From an uncultured Verrucomicrobiota bacterium (GTDB taxonomy: Bacteria > Verrucomicrobiota > Verrucomicrobiia > Palsa-1439), in NCBI GenBank assembly GCA_903847335.1, contig CAINDI010000126.1, positions 1-63,644 of the forward strand: a stretch of 63,644 nucleotides of DNA. Reading direction: 5' to 3'. Shown piece after piece: positions 10,033 to 18,261 of this stretch. Both the position numbers and the translations under genes were made by a program. Every line of letters starts with the position of its first letter. The first letter of the stretch is position 1. Below the pieces are notes generated by a model that saw nothing but the letters and a program-made list of their open reading frames with translations, ran no database searches and was not told the DNA's origin.

Positions 10033-10547
10033 AGGTCGGCAAAACCACGCTTGCAGAATTCTCTAAAGACCCGCCGGAACGCCGGTGCGCAGGTTGACGA
10101 TTGCGTATTCAATAGGTTTTCTACTTGTGCGCAACTCATCGCAGTAACGGATTCCACTTCTGAAATATCAGGTTTAACTGCTGCATCACTTTGCGCAGTA
10201 TAAACCCAAACAAATTCTTGTCCTGTTTCGTTACAAGCATCTATCTTAAAACACTTTAGGATAGTATCTTCTGGCAAGCTTATACCAAGCTCTTCGCTCA
10301 CCTCTCGATAAGCAGCGGTATCGTAATCTTCACCGGCAGAGAGGTGACCGGAGGCGCTGGAGTCAAAGCAACCGGGGAATGTGTCTTTGGTGGTGGCGCG
10401 TTTTTGGACGAGCAATTCACCACGGCGATTGAACAGGAGAATATGCACTGCCCGGTGCCGCAATCCGGTAGCGTGAACCACACTCCGCGTGGCTTGGCCA
10501 ATCACTTGGTCATACGGGTCGACAATATCGAAAATTTCCTCTGACAT
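10011..10547 (-). CDS. NUDIX hydrolase (IDI-like fold, lacks the IDI catalytic Cys)
   Basis: Nudix box GHLSAGEDYDTAAYREVSEELGI (GX5EX7REUXEEXGU). Confidence 0.8.
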   Translation of the reverse strand: MSEEIFDIVDPYDQVIGQATRSVVHATGLRHRAVHILLFNRRGELLVQKRATTKDTFPGCFDSSASGHLSAGEDYDTAAYREVSEELGISLPEDTILKCFKIDACNETGQEFVWVYTAQSDAAVKPDISEVESVTAMSCAQVENLLNTQSSTCAPAFRRVFREFCKRGFADLKRNAPV

Positions 10548-10552
10548 TTTAG

Positions 10553-10586
10553 AAAAAAGAAGGCCCCCGATTGCTCGGGGGCCTTC
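10553..10586 (-). terminator. rho-independent terminator after the porin gene
   Basis: 12-bp stem gaaggcccccga / tcgggggccttc (10559-10570 / 10575-10586), loop ttgc. On the minus strand it is followed by TTTTTT (10558-10553). Confidence 0.75.
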
Positions 10587-10610
10587 CGGTAAGTCTGGTT
10601 CTAAGCTAGC

Positions 10611-11891
10611 TTAGAATTTGACGTTGATTTCGCCACGAACTTCATTTGCGACTCTATTCGCGACACCATCAAAGACATCGCCTGGGAACATCATACCGTA
10701 GACCAATTGGCAACGGACGTCTTTGCTATAATCATAGCCGACAATCGCGTCCACTTCGCCACCGATATCCCGTGAGCTACTGAAACGGGATACGACAGTA
10801 GCTGGATTACCACCAAGATCTGCATTCCGGTCGCTATACACAAAACCGTTTCTGTCGGCTTTCAGATAGTAATACCCCTGCAGGGACAAGGAGGTGTTCT
10901 TGGCTGGCTGAGCGGAAATGCCCAAATTAATAATTTGGATATTCGACAGCGCCGGTGCAAGCACATAGCCATTGTAGCCATCGGCCATATTAAACCATGG
11001 ACGGAAGTAAGCTTGACTTTCACCACCACCGGAAGCGTAAGTGTAGGAAGCGTTCACTGCTGGCGTCCAAGTCACACCTTTGAAGGTGTATTTGGCATTC
11101 ACTTTCGCGATAAAGGCACTGATTTCATTTCCGCCACCATTGGCGAATTCATATGCGCCTTCCACAGATGCCGTAAGATTTTCGCAAGGAGTTAAGTCCG
11201 TACGCAATCCGACAATCATTGGAGCTTGTGAATTGTTGCCAGACTGCGCCATCCAACCGAAGTAACCTTCGACAGTTTTTACCATCGAGCCATTCACTTC
11301 ATATTTTGCATTGACGAAGAGCAAATCTGTCTGAGGAATAGCGGCTGTGCCAGATACATTATAGCCAACGTATCCCTGGTCATTGTTCCACTGTGCAGCA
11401 ACCACGTCAATGGTCAAGGGATGATAATCCAACACCAACCGGGCGGCGTCGAAGTTATAAGCTTTATCAAAGCTGCTGATAATCAAGCCGCTGCCGTAGT
11501 TCAAGTATTGGCGACCGAGCGTCAACGTCGCTGGGCTGTAGAACAGCTCGCGGAGTTGAACATAGGCTTCGTCGAGACCAACAAACCACGTTTTAGCACT
11601 GTTATGTGCTTGGTTCCAAGCATCGGTGTTACCCCAGAGGCCATCGGCTTTGAGTCCGACAACGACCAAGACGTGATCTTCAAGGTCGGCTTCGATCTTA
11701 ACGCGCGTCTGTTGTTCAAACAGATTCACGTTACCTTCTGCCTGGGCACCACCGGAATAACCAACATTGGCGAGATAATATCCAATCACTCGGATATCAC
11801 CACTAATACGGATGTTCTGCACGTCAGCATAGGTGCTGGCGGTCAAACCGCACAAGGCGGTGAGAGCAACTGCTAATAGTACTTTCTTCAC
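10611..11891 (-). CDS. outer-membrane beta-barrel porin, alginate-export (AlgE-like) family
   Basis: Signal peptide MKKVLLAVALTALCGLTASTYA, alternating beta-strand pattern, LTLGRQYLNYGSGLIIS...YNFDAARL motif resembling Alginate_exp, and a C-terminal Phe (..INVKF). cctcct (AGGAGG on the minus strand) lies upstream. Confidence 0.7.
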   Translation of the reverse strand: MKKVLLAVALTALCGLTASTYADVQNIRISGDIRVIGYYLANVGYSGGAQAEGNVNLFEQQTRVKIEADLEDHVLVVVGLKADGLWGNTDAWNQAHNSAKTWFVGLDEAYVQLRELFYSPATLTLGRQYLNYGSGLIISSFDKAYNFDAARLVLDYHPLTIDVVAAQWNNDQGYVGYNVSGTAAIPQTDLLFVNAKYEVNGSMVKTVEGYFGWMAQSGNNSQAPMIVGLRTDLTPCENLTASVEGAYEFANGGGNEISAFIAKVNAKYTFKGVTWTPAVNASYTYASGGGESQAYFRPWFNMADGYNGYVLAPALSNIQIINLGISAQPAKNTSLSLQGYYYLKADRNGFVYSDRNADLGGNPATVVSRFSSSRDIGGEVDAIVGYDYSKDVRCQLVYGMMFPGDVFDGVANRVANEVRGEINVKF

Positions 11892-12073
11892 TGTGTTTCC
11901 TCCTGTTTGTTTGTTGACTTACTTATGACTACTCTGCCGTGCCTGTGGTGAAATATCTCCCCACCCCAATCACGACTCTACTCCTCTGAACTGCCGAACA
12001 GTATCTTGAAACCAAAGGTAACAGTCAAGCGGAAATCTTCAATTGGATTATGCTTAACTTCAATTACTTACAA

Positions 12074-12748
12074 TTATTTGACTATTTCAGAACTAAGCGG
12101 TAACGGCGCAATTCCCGTAACCGGGGCTTCTGGAGTTCGGTTCAAAACGTCTAACCGGATGGCAGTGGTCAACGCCCACGGACTGCCGGCAATCACCGGT
12201 GCCAATTCTTCATAATACTGCCGGGCTTCTTTTGTTTGACCAAGCACCTCAGCACAACGCGCCGCGCCGAGCTTGGCCGCTACAGCGGTATAGCCGCTAA
12301 ATTTGGAAGATAATTGGATGTATCGGGCTTTGGCATCTTCCAGCTTACCGGCGGTTTCAAGCGATGCCGCCTGACCAAGTTGAGCGGAATCGACTAACGG
12401 ATGCTGTGGATAGGTGGTCAAAAATTCCTGATAGGCAGCCAAGGCTTCCGGTAGCCGGCCGGCTTGAGAATGCAGTTCTGCCAACCGTAGCAAAGCCTGC
12501 GCACCGATGTTTTTACCTGAAAATTCTTTCACTAACGGCACGATCAATCCCGGCTCAGTCGCTTGCGCGAGACGTGTGGCGGCTTCGGTTTCGCGTTCGC
12601 CGGCCTGCCGTTGCATTTGCACGTAAATCACGCCGCCGGCTAGCACAGCGATTGCACCCCAAATAATCTTCCGGCCATGTTGGTGCCAAAAAACTTCTGG
12701 CTCAAATTTTTCCAAAAATTCAATAACGGGCTTATTTGTATCGGTCAT
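12074..12748 (-). CDS. membrane-anchored TPR protein (YfgM-like)
   Basis: ORF 12074..12802. Start taken at MTDTNKPV (12748). One TM (IIWGAIAVLAGGVIYV) followed by TPR-like helices (ALLRLAELHSQAGRLPEALAAYQEFL...). Confidence 0.65.
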   Translation of the reverse strand: MTDTNKPVIEFLEKFEPEVFWHQHGRKIIWGAIAVLAGGVIYVQMQRQAGERETEAATRLAQATEPGLIVPLVKEFSGKNIGAQALLRLAELHSQAGRLPEALAAYQEFLTTYPQHPLVDSAQLGQAASLETAGKLEDAKARYIQLSSKFSGYTAVAAKLGAARCAEVLGQTKEARQYYEELAPVIAGSPWALTTAIRLDVLNRTPEAPVTGIAPLPLSSEIVK

Positions 12749-12829
12749 AGCGGAATCATTTTCACTAAAACGCTCCAAAACGCAAGCGGGAACTGGACAC
12801 ATCGGCCTAAATGCGCTATTATTTCGCTA

Positions 12830-13234
12830 ATGGCTGCTCTCATCCATAAACGCGCTGACGGAACGCAAAAACTTTGCGAGCTCAGCGACCGGCCATTAGT
12901 GATTGGGCGGCTACCGGAATCGGATATTCATGTGCGCGACACCTTTATTTCACGGAGTCATGCCAGCATTATCCACTCCAATAATACATTTATCATCAAA
13001 GACTTAAGCTCGGCAAATGGAACCTATAAAAACGGCGAGCGAGTGTATGAATGCCATTTAGCCACCGGTGATAAAATTCAGCTTGGAAATGCTGTTCTCA
13101 TATTTGAAATTGATTCGATTACCGGTAACGCGCTCCTCCTCCAAGTTTCCACGACATCGGCTGCATCTCGTCACTCTTTCCACTCTGCTACCGCCGCAAC
13201 TACTTTACCGGTCCAAACCCCGGCCAACGTGTGA
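12830..13234 (+). CDS. FHA domain protein
   Basis: ORF 12677..13234. ATG at 12830. Classical FHA core LVIGRLPESDIHVRDTFISRSHASI...DLSSANGTYKNGERV...GDKIQLGN, with a Ser/Thr/Ala-rich tail. Confidence 0.8.
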   Translation: MAALIHKRADGTQKLCELSDRPLVIGRLPESDIHVRDTFISRSHASIIHSNNTFIIKDLSSANGTYKNGERVYECHLATGDKIQLGNAVLIFEIDSITGNALLLQVSTTSAASRHSFHSATAATTLPVQTPANV

Positions 13235-13545
13235 AATCTCTCTGGCTGTCGCTCTTTGTCGTAATCTGCCCATTATTCAGCGGTTCAGCTTGGTCGCAAG
13301 ACAGCGGCAACCATTATCCATTTGCCGGTGGCAAAATCGAAGCACTCGACCCGGTCGCCAAACAAATCACCATTAGTAGCCGGTCGTTTGCCGTGACCAA
13401 CACCACCTACCTCATCGCTAACGGTGCCAAAACAACTTTTGACAAACTCAAAGTTGGCGACCCGGTAAAGCTGAATTACTTTACCAACACCACCGGTCAA
13501 GCCATCATTCGCCGTCTCAAAATCACACCACCGGAAGCACCATGA
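13231..13545 (+). CDS. small secreted protein (paralogue of 14177..14497)
   Basis: GTG start overlapping the FHA stop (GTGA). Signal peptide MKSLWLSLFVVICPLFSGSAWS. Shares G.I.A.D.V...TI....F.VT....F..LKVGD.VK..Y pattern with the 106-aa protein downstream of DJ-1. Confidence 0.6.
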   Translation: MKSLWLSLFVVICPLFSGSAWSQDSGNHYPFAGGKIEALDPVAKQITISSRSFAVTNTTYLIANGAKTTFDKLKVGDPVKLNYFTNTTGQAIIRRLKITPPEAP

Positions 13546-14099
13546 AACACGCCCTCGTCCCACTCGCGCCCGGCTTTGAAGAAATCGAAGCCATCACCAT
13601 CATCGACATTCTCCGGCGCGCCGGCGTCAACGTGACGGTTGCCGGCACCCAACCCGGCCCCATTGAAGCTTCCCGGAAAACCAAACACCTACCGGACTGC
13701 ACGCTCGACGAAATTCGCGCCGAAGATTTTTATATCCTCGTACTCCCCGGTGGTCAACCCGGTACCGACAACCTCCGGCGCGATCCGCGCCTCCGCCAAA
13801 TTATTCAGAACCTGAATTCGCGTCAATGTCTACTCGCCGCCATTTGCGCCGCGCCGACTGTTCTCGGCGATGCCGGCGTATTAACCGGCCGCACTGTGAC
13901 CGGTCATCCGAGTGTCCACACTGAATTGGCCACACAAGCCGGTCAAGTCAGCAACGCTCGCGTGGTGGTGGATGGCAAAATTATCACCGGCCAATCGCCC
14001 GGCGCCGCGATGGAATTTGCCTTCAAGCTTGTCGAGATTCTGTGCGGCCCGACCACCGTCGCCGAAGTTAATTCCGGTGTACTGGCGCGGCTGTTTTGA
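13542..14099 (+). CDS. DJ-1/PfpI (YajL/ThiJ) family protein
   Basis: ATGA overlap with the previous gene. Nucleophile-elbow region LLAAICAAP, VLPGG and the typical DJ-1 N-terminus MKHALVPLAPGFEEIEA. Confidence 0.85.
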   Translation: MKHALVPLAPGFEEIEAITIIDILRRAGVNVTVAGTQPGPIEASRKTKHLPDCTLDEIRAEDFYILVLPGGQPGTDNLRRDPRLRQIIQNLNSRQCLLAAICAAPTVLGDAGVLTGRTVTGHPSVHTELATQAGQVSNARVVVDGKIITGQSPGAAMEFAFKLVEILCGPTTVAEVNSGVLARLF

Positions 14100-14176
14100 A
14101 TTGACAATCGCTGCTCATTTTCGTTCTATCTTCCGCGTTGTTCCGAACTTAGTTTAAACTTAACCCGAGGAATCCT

Positions 14177-14497
14177 ATGAAGAAAATCGTACTCGCCGTT
14201 GCCGCTATCGCCGCCACCTTAGTATTCGCCTTGCCGTCGTTCGCCGCTGATGAAGCCAAAACCAAACACAGCATTGGTGCTATTACCGCGATTGATGCGG
14301 TCAAAGCTTCACTCACAATCAAAAATCACGACGGTGAAAAAACTTTCACCGTGACTGGCAAAGCCGTCGAAAAATTGGCGAGCTTCAAAGTTGGCGACAA
14401 AGTGAAAGTCGCTTACACCGATATTGCTGGCACTCTCACGGCCACCAAGATTACTTCCGCGAAGACGGAAGAGAAGCCGGCCGCCGCAACTAAGTAA
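14177..14497 (+). CDS. small secreted protein (paralogue of 13231..13545)
   Basis: Signal peptide MKKIVLAVAAIAATLVFALPSFA. Motif SFKVGDKVKVAY. gaggaa lies upstream of the ATG. Confidence 0.65.
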   Translation: MKKIVLAVAAIAATLVFALPSFAADEAKTKHSIGAITAIDAVKASLTIKNHDGEKTFTVTGKAVEKLASFKVGDKVKVAYTDIAGTLTATKITSAKTEEKPAAATK

Positions 14498-14519
14498 TTC
14501 AGACACAACTTCAAATCAA

Positions 14520-14555
14520 CAGGGAATCCGGTAACGGATTCCCTGTTTTGCTTTT
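14520..14555 (+). terminator. rho-independent terminator
   Basis: 11-bp stem cagggaatccg / cggattccctg, loop gtaa, then ttttgctttt. Confidence 0.75.
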
Positions 14556-14585
14556 GCCGGTGACTTGCTACACTACCGGACCAAG

Positions 14586-15680
14586 ATGAAAATCGTTGCC
14601 GACCCAAATATTCCGTACGTCCGCGAAGCATTCGCCGGACTCGGTGAAATCACACTTGTCCCCGGCCGTCAAATCACCGCCGCGCACGTTCGCGATGCCA
14701 ACCTCTTACTCGTCCGCTCCGTTACTCCGGTCAATGCCGCGCTCCTCGACGGTTCCCGCGTGAAATTCGTCGCCACCGCCACCATCGGTTTTGATCACGT
14801 GGACGTGGCCTATCTTGCCGAACACAATATCGGCTTCGCCACCGCCGCCGGCAGCAATGCGAATTCCGTCGCCGAATACATCATCGCCGCGATGCTCGAA
14901 CTTGCCTACCGGAAAAACTTCCGGCTCCGCACCAAAACTCTCGGCGTCGTCGGCATTGGGAATGTCGGCACCAAAGTGGTCCGGTCCGCTCGTGCGCTCG
15001 GCCTCCGCGTTTTGCAAAACGATCCGCCCCGGCAACGAACTGAAAAACTACCGGATTTTATCAGTCTCGACCGGCTGATTGCGGAAGCCGACATTCTGAC
15101 ATTGCACGTTCCGCTCAAAAAAACTGGACCCGACAAAACGCTCCATTTGCTAGAACCGCAGCGTGGCATCGTCTTCAATTCCTCGCGTGGCGCGGTGCTC
15201 GACAACCGGTACTTGTTGACTGCAAAACTCGCCGGACTGGTGCTCGATGTTTGGGAAAACGAACCGAATATTTCAGCCGAATTACTCGGCCAGGTTGACC
15301 TCGGCACGCCGCACATTGCCGGCTACAGTTTCGAAGGCAAAGTGAAAGGTGCGCGGATGATTTATGAAGCTGCGTGCCGGCATTTCGGTTTACCGGTAAC
15401 TTGGCAGCCGGTTTTACCGGTGCCACCGGTGCCGCGCTTGAGTGTAACTGTCACCACCGGTGAAGATGACGAAGATGTTTTGCGCCGAACAATCCGGCAA
15501 ATCTATGACATCACCGGTGATGACGCGCGCTTGCGCGCCGGATTCCGGCAGTTTGAAAAACTCCGAAATGAATATCCGGTGCGCCGTGAGTTTTTTAACA
15601 CCGCGCTAGAGTTGATCAATGCGTCCGCCGGTTTGCAGACGAAGTTTACGGCACTCGGATTTCGGTTGGCGCAGGCTTAG
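14586..15680 (+). CDS. pdxB: erythronate-4-phosphate dehydrogenase (D-2-hydroxyacid dehydrogenase family)
   Basis: The N-terminus MKIVADPNIPYVREAFAGLGEITLVPGRQI...LLVRSVTPVN...FVATATIGFDHVD closely follows the PdxB pattern. NAD fingerprint GVVGIGNVG. Confidence 0.8.
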   Translation: MKIVADPNIPYVREAFAGLGEITLVPGRQITAAHVRDANLLLVRSVTPVNAALLDGSRVKFVATATIGFDHVDVAYLAEHNIGFATAAGSNANSVAEYIIAAMLELAYRKNFRLRTKTLGVVGIGNVGTKVVRSARALGLRVLQNDPPRQRTEKLPDFISLDRLIAEADILTLHVPLKKTGPDKTLHLLEPQRGIVFNSSRGAVLDNRYLLTAKLAGLVLDVWENEPNISAELLGQVDLGTPHIAGYSFEGKVKGARMIYEAACRHFGLPVTWQPVLPVPPVPRLSVTVTTGEDDEDVLRRTIRQIYDITGDDARLRAGFRQFEKLRNEYPVRREFFNTALELINASAGLQTKFTALGFRLAQA

Positions 15681-18220
15681 AAAATTCCGCCGGGCCGGCT
15701 GTTATCTGATTTTTTTTCGGGCACCGGAGCAGGCGCCGCCGATGGAGCCGGCACTGCAATTTTTTTGACTTCCTTTGCCGGCAACTCAGGCACGTCGTCC
15801 TCTAAACGTTTCATCGGATAGGTGCCGGGATGGAGATCGTTCAGGATGAAGCCGCAGAAATTTGCGCCGCGCGAAACTGCAGTCATTTTGGCCTGCCGGA
15901 CGTAATTACGCAAAGTGCGCCCCGGCCGGACGATGAACAAAACGTCGTCGCAAACGGTATTCAGAATGGCGCTGTCGGCGACGCCGGTAATGGGTGGACC
16001 ATCAATCAGAATCCGGTCGTAATTCTGGCGCGCCCAGTTGAGGAATTCTCGGAGGCGATGGCTGAGAAGTAATTCCGCTGGATTGGGCGGATAGGCACCG
16101 GTGGTGATGACATCAAGTTTGTGAATGTCGGTGTGGCGCCGGACTTCCTCCGGTTGCGATTCACCGTTGAGAATTTCGGTCAACCCGCGGCCTTGGTCAA
16201 AGTCGAAGAATTTGTGGATTTCGCCACGCCGGAGGTCAGCGTCAATCAGAAGAACGCGTTCATCAATGTGCGCAAAGCTGATCGCAAGGTTGACCGCGGT
16301 GGTGGTTTTGCCTTCGCCCGGCGCGGTACTGGAAATGAGAATTGCATGCAATTTCTCTTTTGGAATAGCCCCCATGAGGGCAGAGCGAATGACGCCGTAG
16401 GCTTCGGTGGTGACGCTTTGTTGACTGTAGCGATCCAGCCGGTGAAATGTGAGATCATCCACACTCCATGAAGCAAAAGGAATCATTCCAAGGAAAGGCA
16501 GCTGGAGTTCGCGTTCGAACGATTCGGCGAGCTTCACTGGATCGTCAATGTAAACCAGGAAAAACGCTAGCGCGCCACCGAGGCCAAGCCCTAAAAATCC
16601 AGCCATCAGCATCAGCTTCCCTTTTTTCGGATAGATTGGCTCCGGCTCGACATACGGAGCTTCCAGTATTGAAACCGTCCGCGACTTAAAGCCTTGAGAA
16701 ACGTCCAACTTCGTCAATTGCCCAAGCATCGTATTGTACAACTCGCGAATACGATCAGCATCTTCACGCAATAGTCGAACTTCCTGCAATTGAACGCCCT
16801 TGAGAAGTGCTTCGGACTCCAACTGCTTACCAGCCTCTTGAAGCGAGTTGTACTTACGCTCTGCGATCAACACTTCGGCGTCGGCTTTTTGCCGGTAAAA
16901 TGTCACCGTGGCCTCTTCGTCATCCGTAGCGGTCGTCAGCTCCTGCTCCGCCGGTATCAACGCCGGGTGTTTCGCCCGATAAATCCTACGCAAATTATCC
17001 ACTTTTGCTTGAGCTGTCATCCGTCGTCGATCTAAAGCAAAAAGCTTATCAATCTCTGAATCTTTCAAGGCTCCCATGGTGGTACGCGTAACGGAAGAGC
17101 CAAAAACATTTGCACTGAGCGGATTATTTCCCACATCACTTTCTCCACTACTCAGAGTGACGCGCACCGTCGTTTCATTGGCAGCCGCGGATTTAATTAC
17201 ACTCGCCGCCACCAAATCTTGTTGAATTTTCGCCGCCAACATATCGGTGGTGAATCCTTTGACACTAATTTTCCCCAACGGCGAGTATTCAATAATCCAT
17301 TCTGGCGAAACCACCACCCGGCCACTCAACATCTTGGATTGCGGAATGCTAATATTCACCATTTGTCCGACTTTGATTTCACCGGTGGTTACCGATTCCG
17401 CCGCCCGCGCTTCGGCGGCTGCCGCACGCTCGTCAGCCAGTAACGCCAAAACAGCCGCCGCATTCGGTCTTGCATCTAAAAGCTGCTTCCGGGCAATCGC
17501 GTCTGCCAAATCTTCACCCGCGCGCATGATTGTCCATGCGTGATGCCGCCAACGCTCAAAAAAGTCTGTACCACTACCATAACCATTCCCACGACCACTC
17601 GACCCACCGCTGGTTGCGCTGATAATCAGCTCGTCAGCAACATTGTGTTCTTTTGTAAAATTAAAAAGTTTTTGGTTGGCCGACTTTAACTCCACACCCA
17701 ACCGATCAATTTCACGCGTCAGCATTTGCACTGCGGATTCCGCCGAGGCGACGCGCTGTTTCTCGCGAAACTTCAAATATTCATCCACGAGAACATTGAT
17801 GAATTCCCGCGCAAATTCTGGCGCCGGACTATCTACCGTAATTATAAGGATGTCTGTCGCTCCCGCTTTTTCAACTTTAAAACTTTTAATATTGTCCTGA
17901 ATCTGGTCCGGCGTCTTTTTCATCCGTTGTTGGATGCGCCGCATAATGGTTGGCCCGAGCATTACTTCAATCTGTGTAGAAACAAACCGTTGCTCATCTT
18001 CATGAACAACCTCCGACGCCGTCACACCAGAGCCAATCTGTGTAATCAAGAGCTTGGCATTCACCCGCCAAATCGATTGCCGCGAAAAAAGATACGCGGT
18101 CATCCCACCAAGGCTTATGAGGCAGCAAAAAACTACCAACCATTTTCGCCGCCAGAGAATCGCGAGATACTCTTTGACGTCGACGGATTGTGTTTGCTCG
18201 TTTTCTTGTCCGTTAATCAT
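15677..18220 (-). CDS. Wzc/GumC-like polysaccharide chain-length determinant fused to a BY-kinase-type P-loop ATPase
   Basis: N-terminal Wzz-type TM plus periplasmic coiled coil, and a second TM (LMLMAGFLGLGLGGALAFFLV). Walker A PGEGKTTTAVNLA, Walker A-prime LLIDADLRRG, Walker B RILIDGPP. No Tyr-rich C-terminus. Confidence 0.85.
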   Translation of the reverse strand: MINGQENEQTQSVDVKEYLAILWRRKWLVVFCCLISLGGMTAYLFSRQSIWRVNAKLLITQIGSGVTASEVVHEDEQRFVSTQIEVMLGPTIMRRIQQRMKKTPDQIQDNIKSFKVEKAGATDILIITVDSPAPEFAREFINVLVDEYLKFREKQRVASAESAVQMLTREIDRLGVELKSANQKLFNFTKEHNVADELIISATSGGSSGRGNGYGSGTDFFERWRHHAWTIMRAGEDLADAIARKQLLDARPNAAAVLALLADERAAAAEARAAESVTTGEIKVGQMVNISIPQSKMLSGRVVVSPEWIIEYSPLGKISVKGFTTDMLAAKIQQDLVAASVIKSAAANETTVRVTLSSGESDVGNNPLSANVFGSSVTRTTMGALKDSEIDKLFALDRRRMTAQAKVDNLRRIYRAKHPALIPAEQELTTATDDEEATVTFYRQKADAEVLIAERKYNSLQEAGKQLESEALLKGVQLQEVRLLREDADRIRELYNTMLGQLTKLDVSQGFKSRTVSILEAPYVEPEPIYPKKGKLMLMAGFLGLGLGGALAFFLVYIDDPVKLAESFERELQLPFLGMIPFASWSVDDLTFHRLDRYSQQSVTTEAYGVIRSALMGAIPKEKLHAILISSTAPGEGKTTTAVNLAISFAHIDERVLLIDADLRRGEIHKFFDFDQGRGLTEILNGESQPEEVRRHTDIHKLDVITTGAYPPNPAELLLSHRLREFLNWARQNYDRILIDGPPITGVADSAILNTVCDDVLFIVRPGRTLRNYVRQAKMTAVSRGANFCGFILNDLHPGTYPMKRLEDDVPELPAKEVKKIAVPAPSAAPAPVPEKKSDNSRPGGIF

Positions 18221-18261
18221 CGTCTAACAACCACACAATTAGCCATTAACAGCGGCTTTTA

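Noticed and set aside
12677-12829. The N-terminal extension of the FHA ORF (51 extra codons) overlapping the divergent TPR gene start.
   Set aside because: The extension is hydrophobic and unstructured-looking, and overlaps the opposite gene's 5-prime end. ATG 12830 gives a canonical stand-alone FHA domain.
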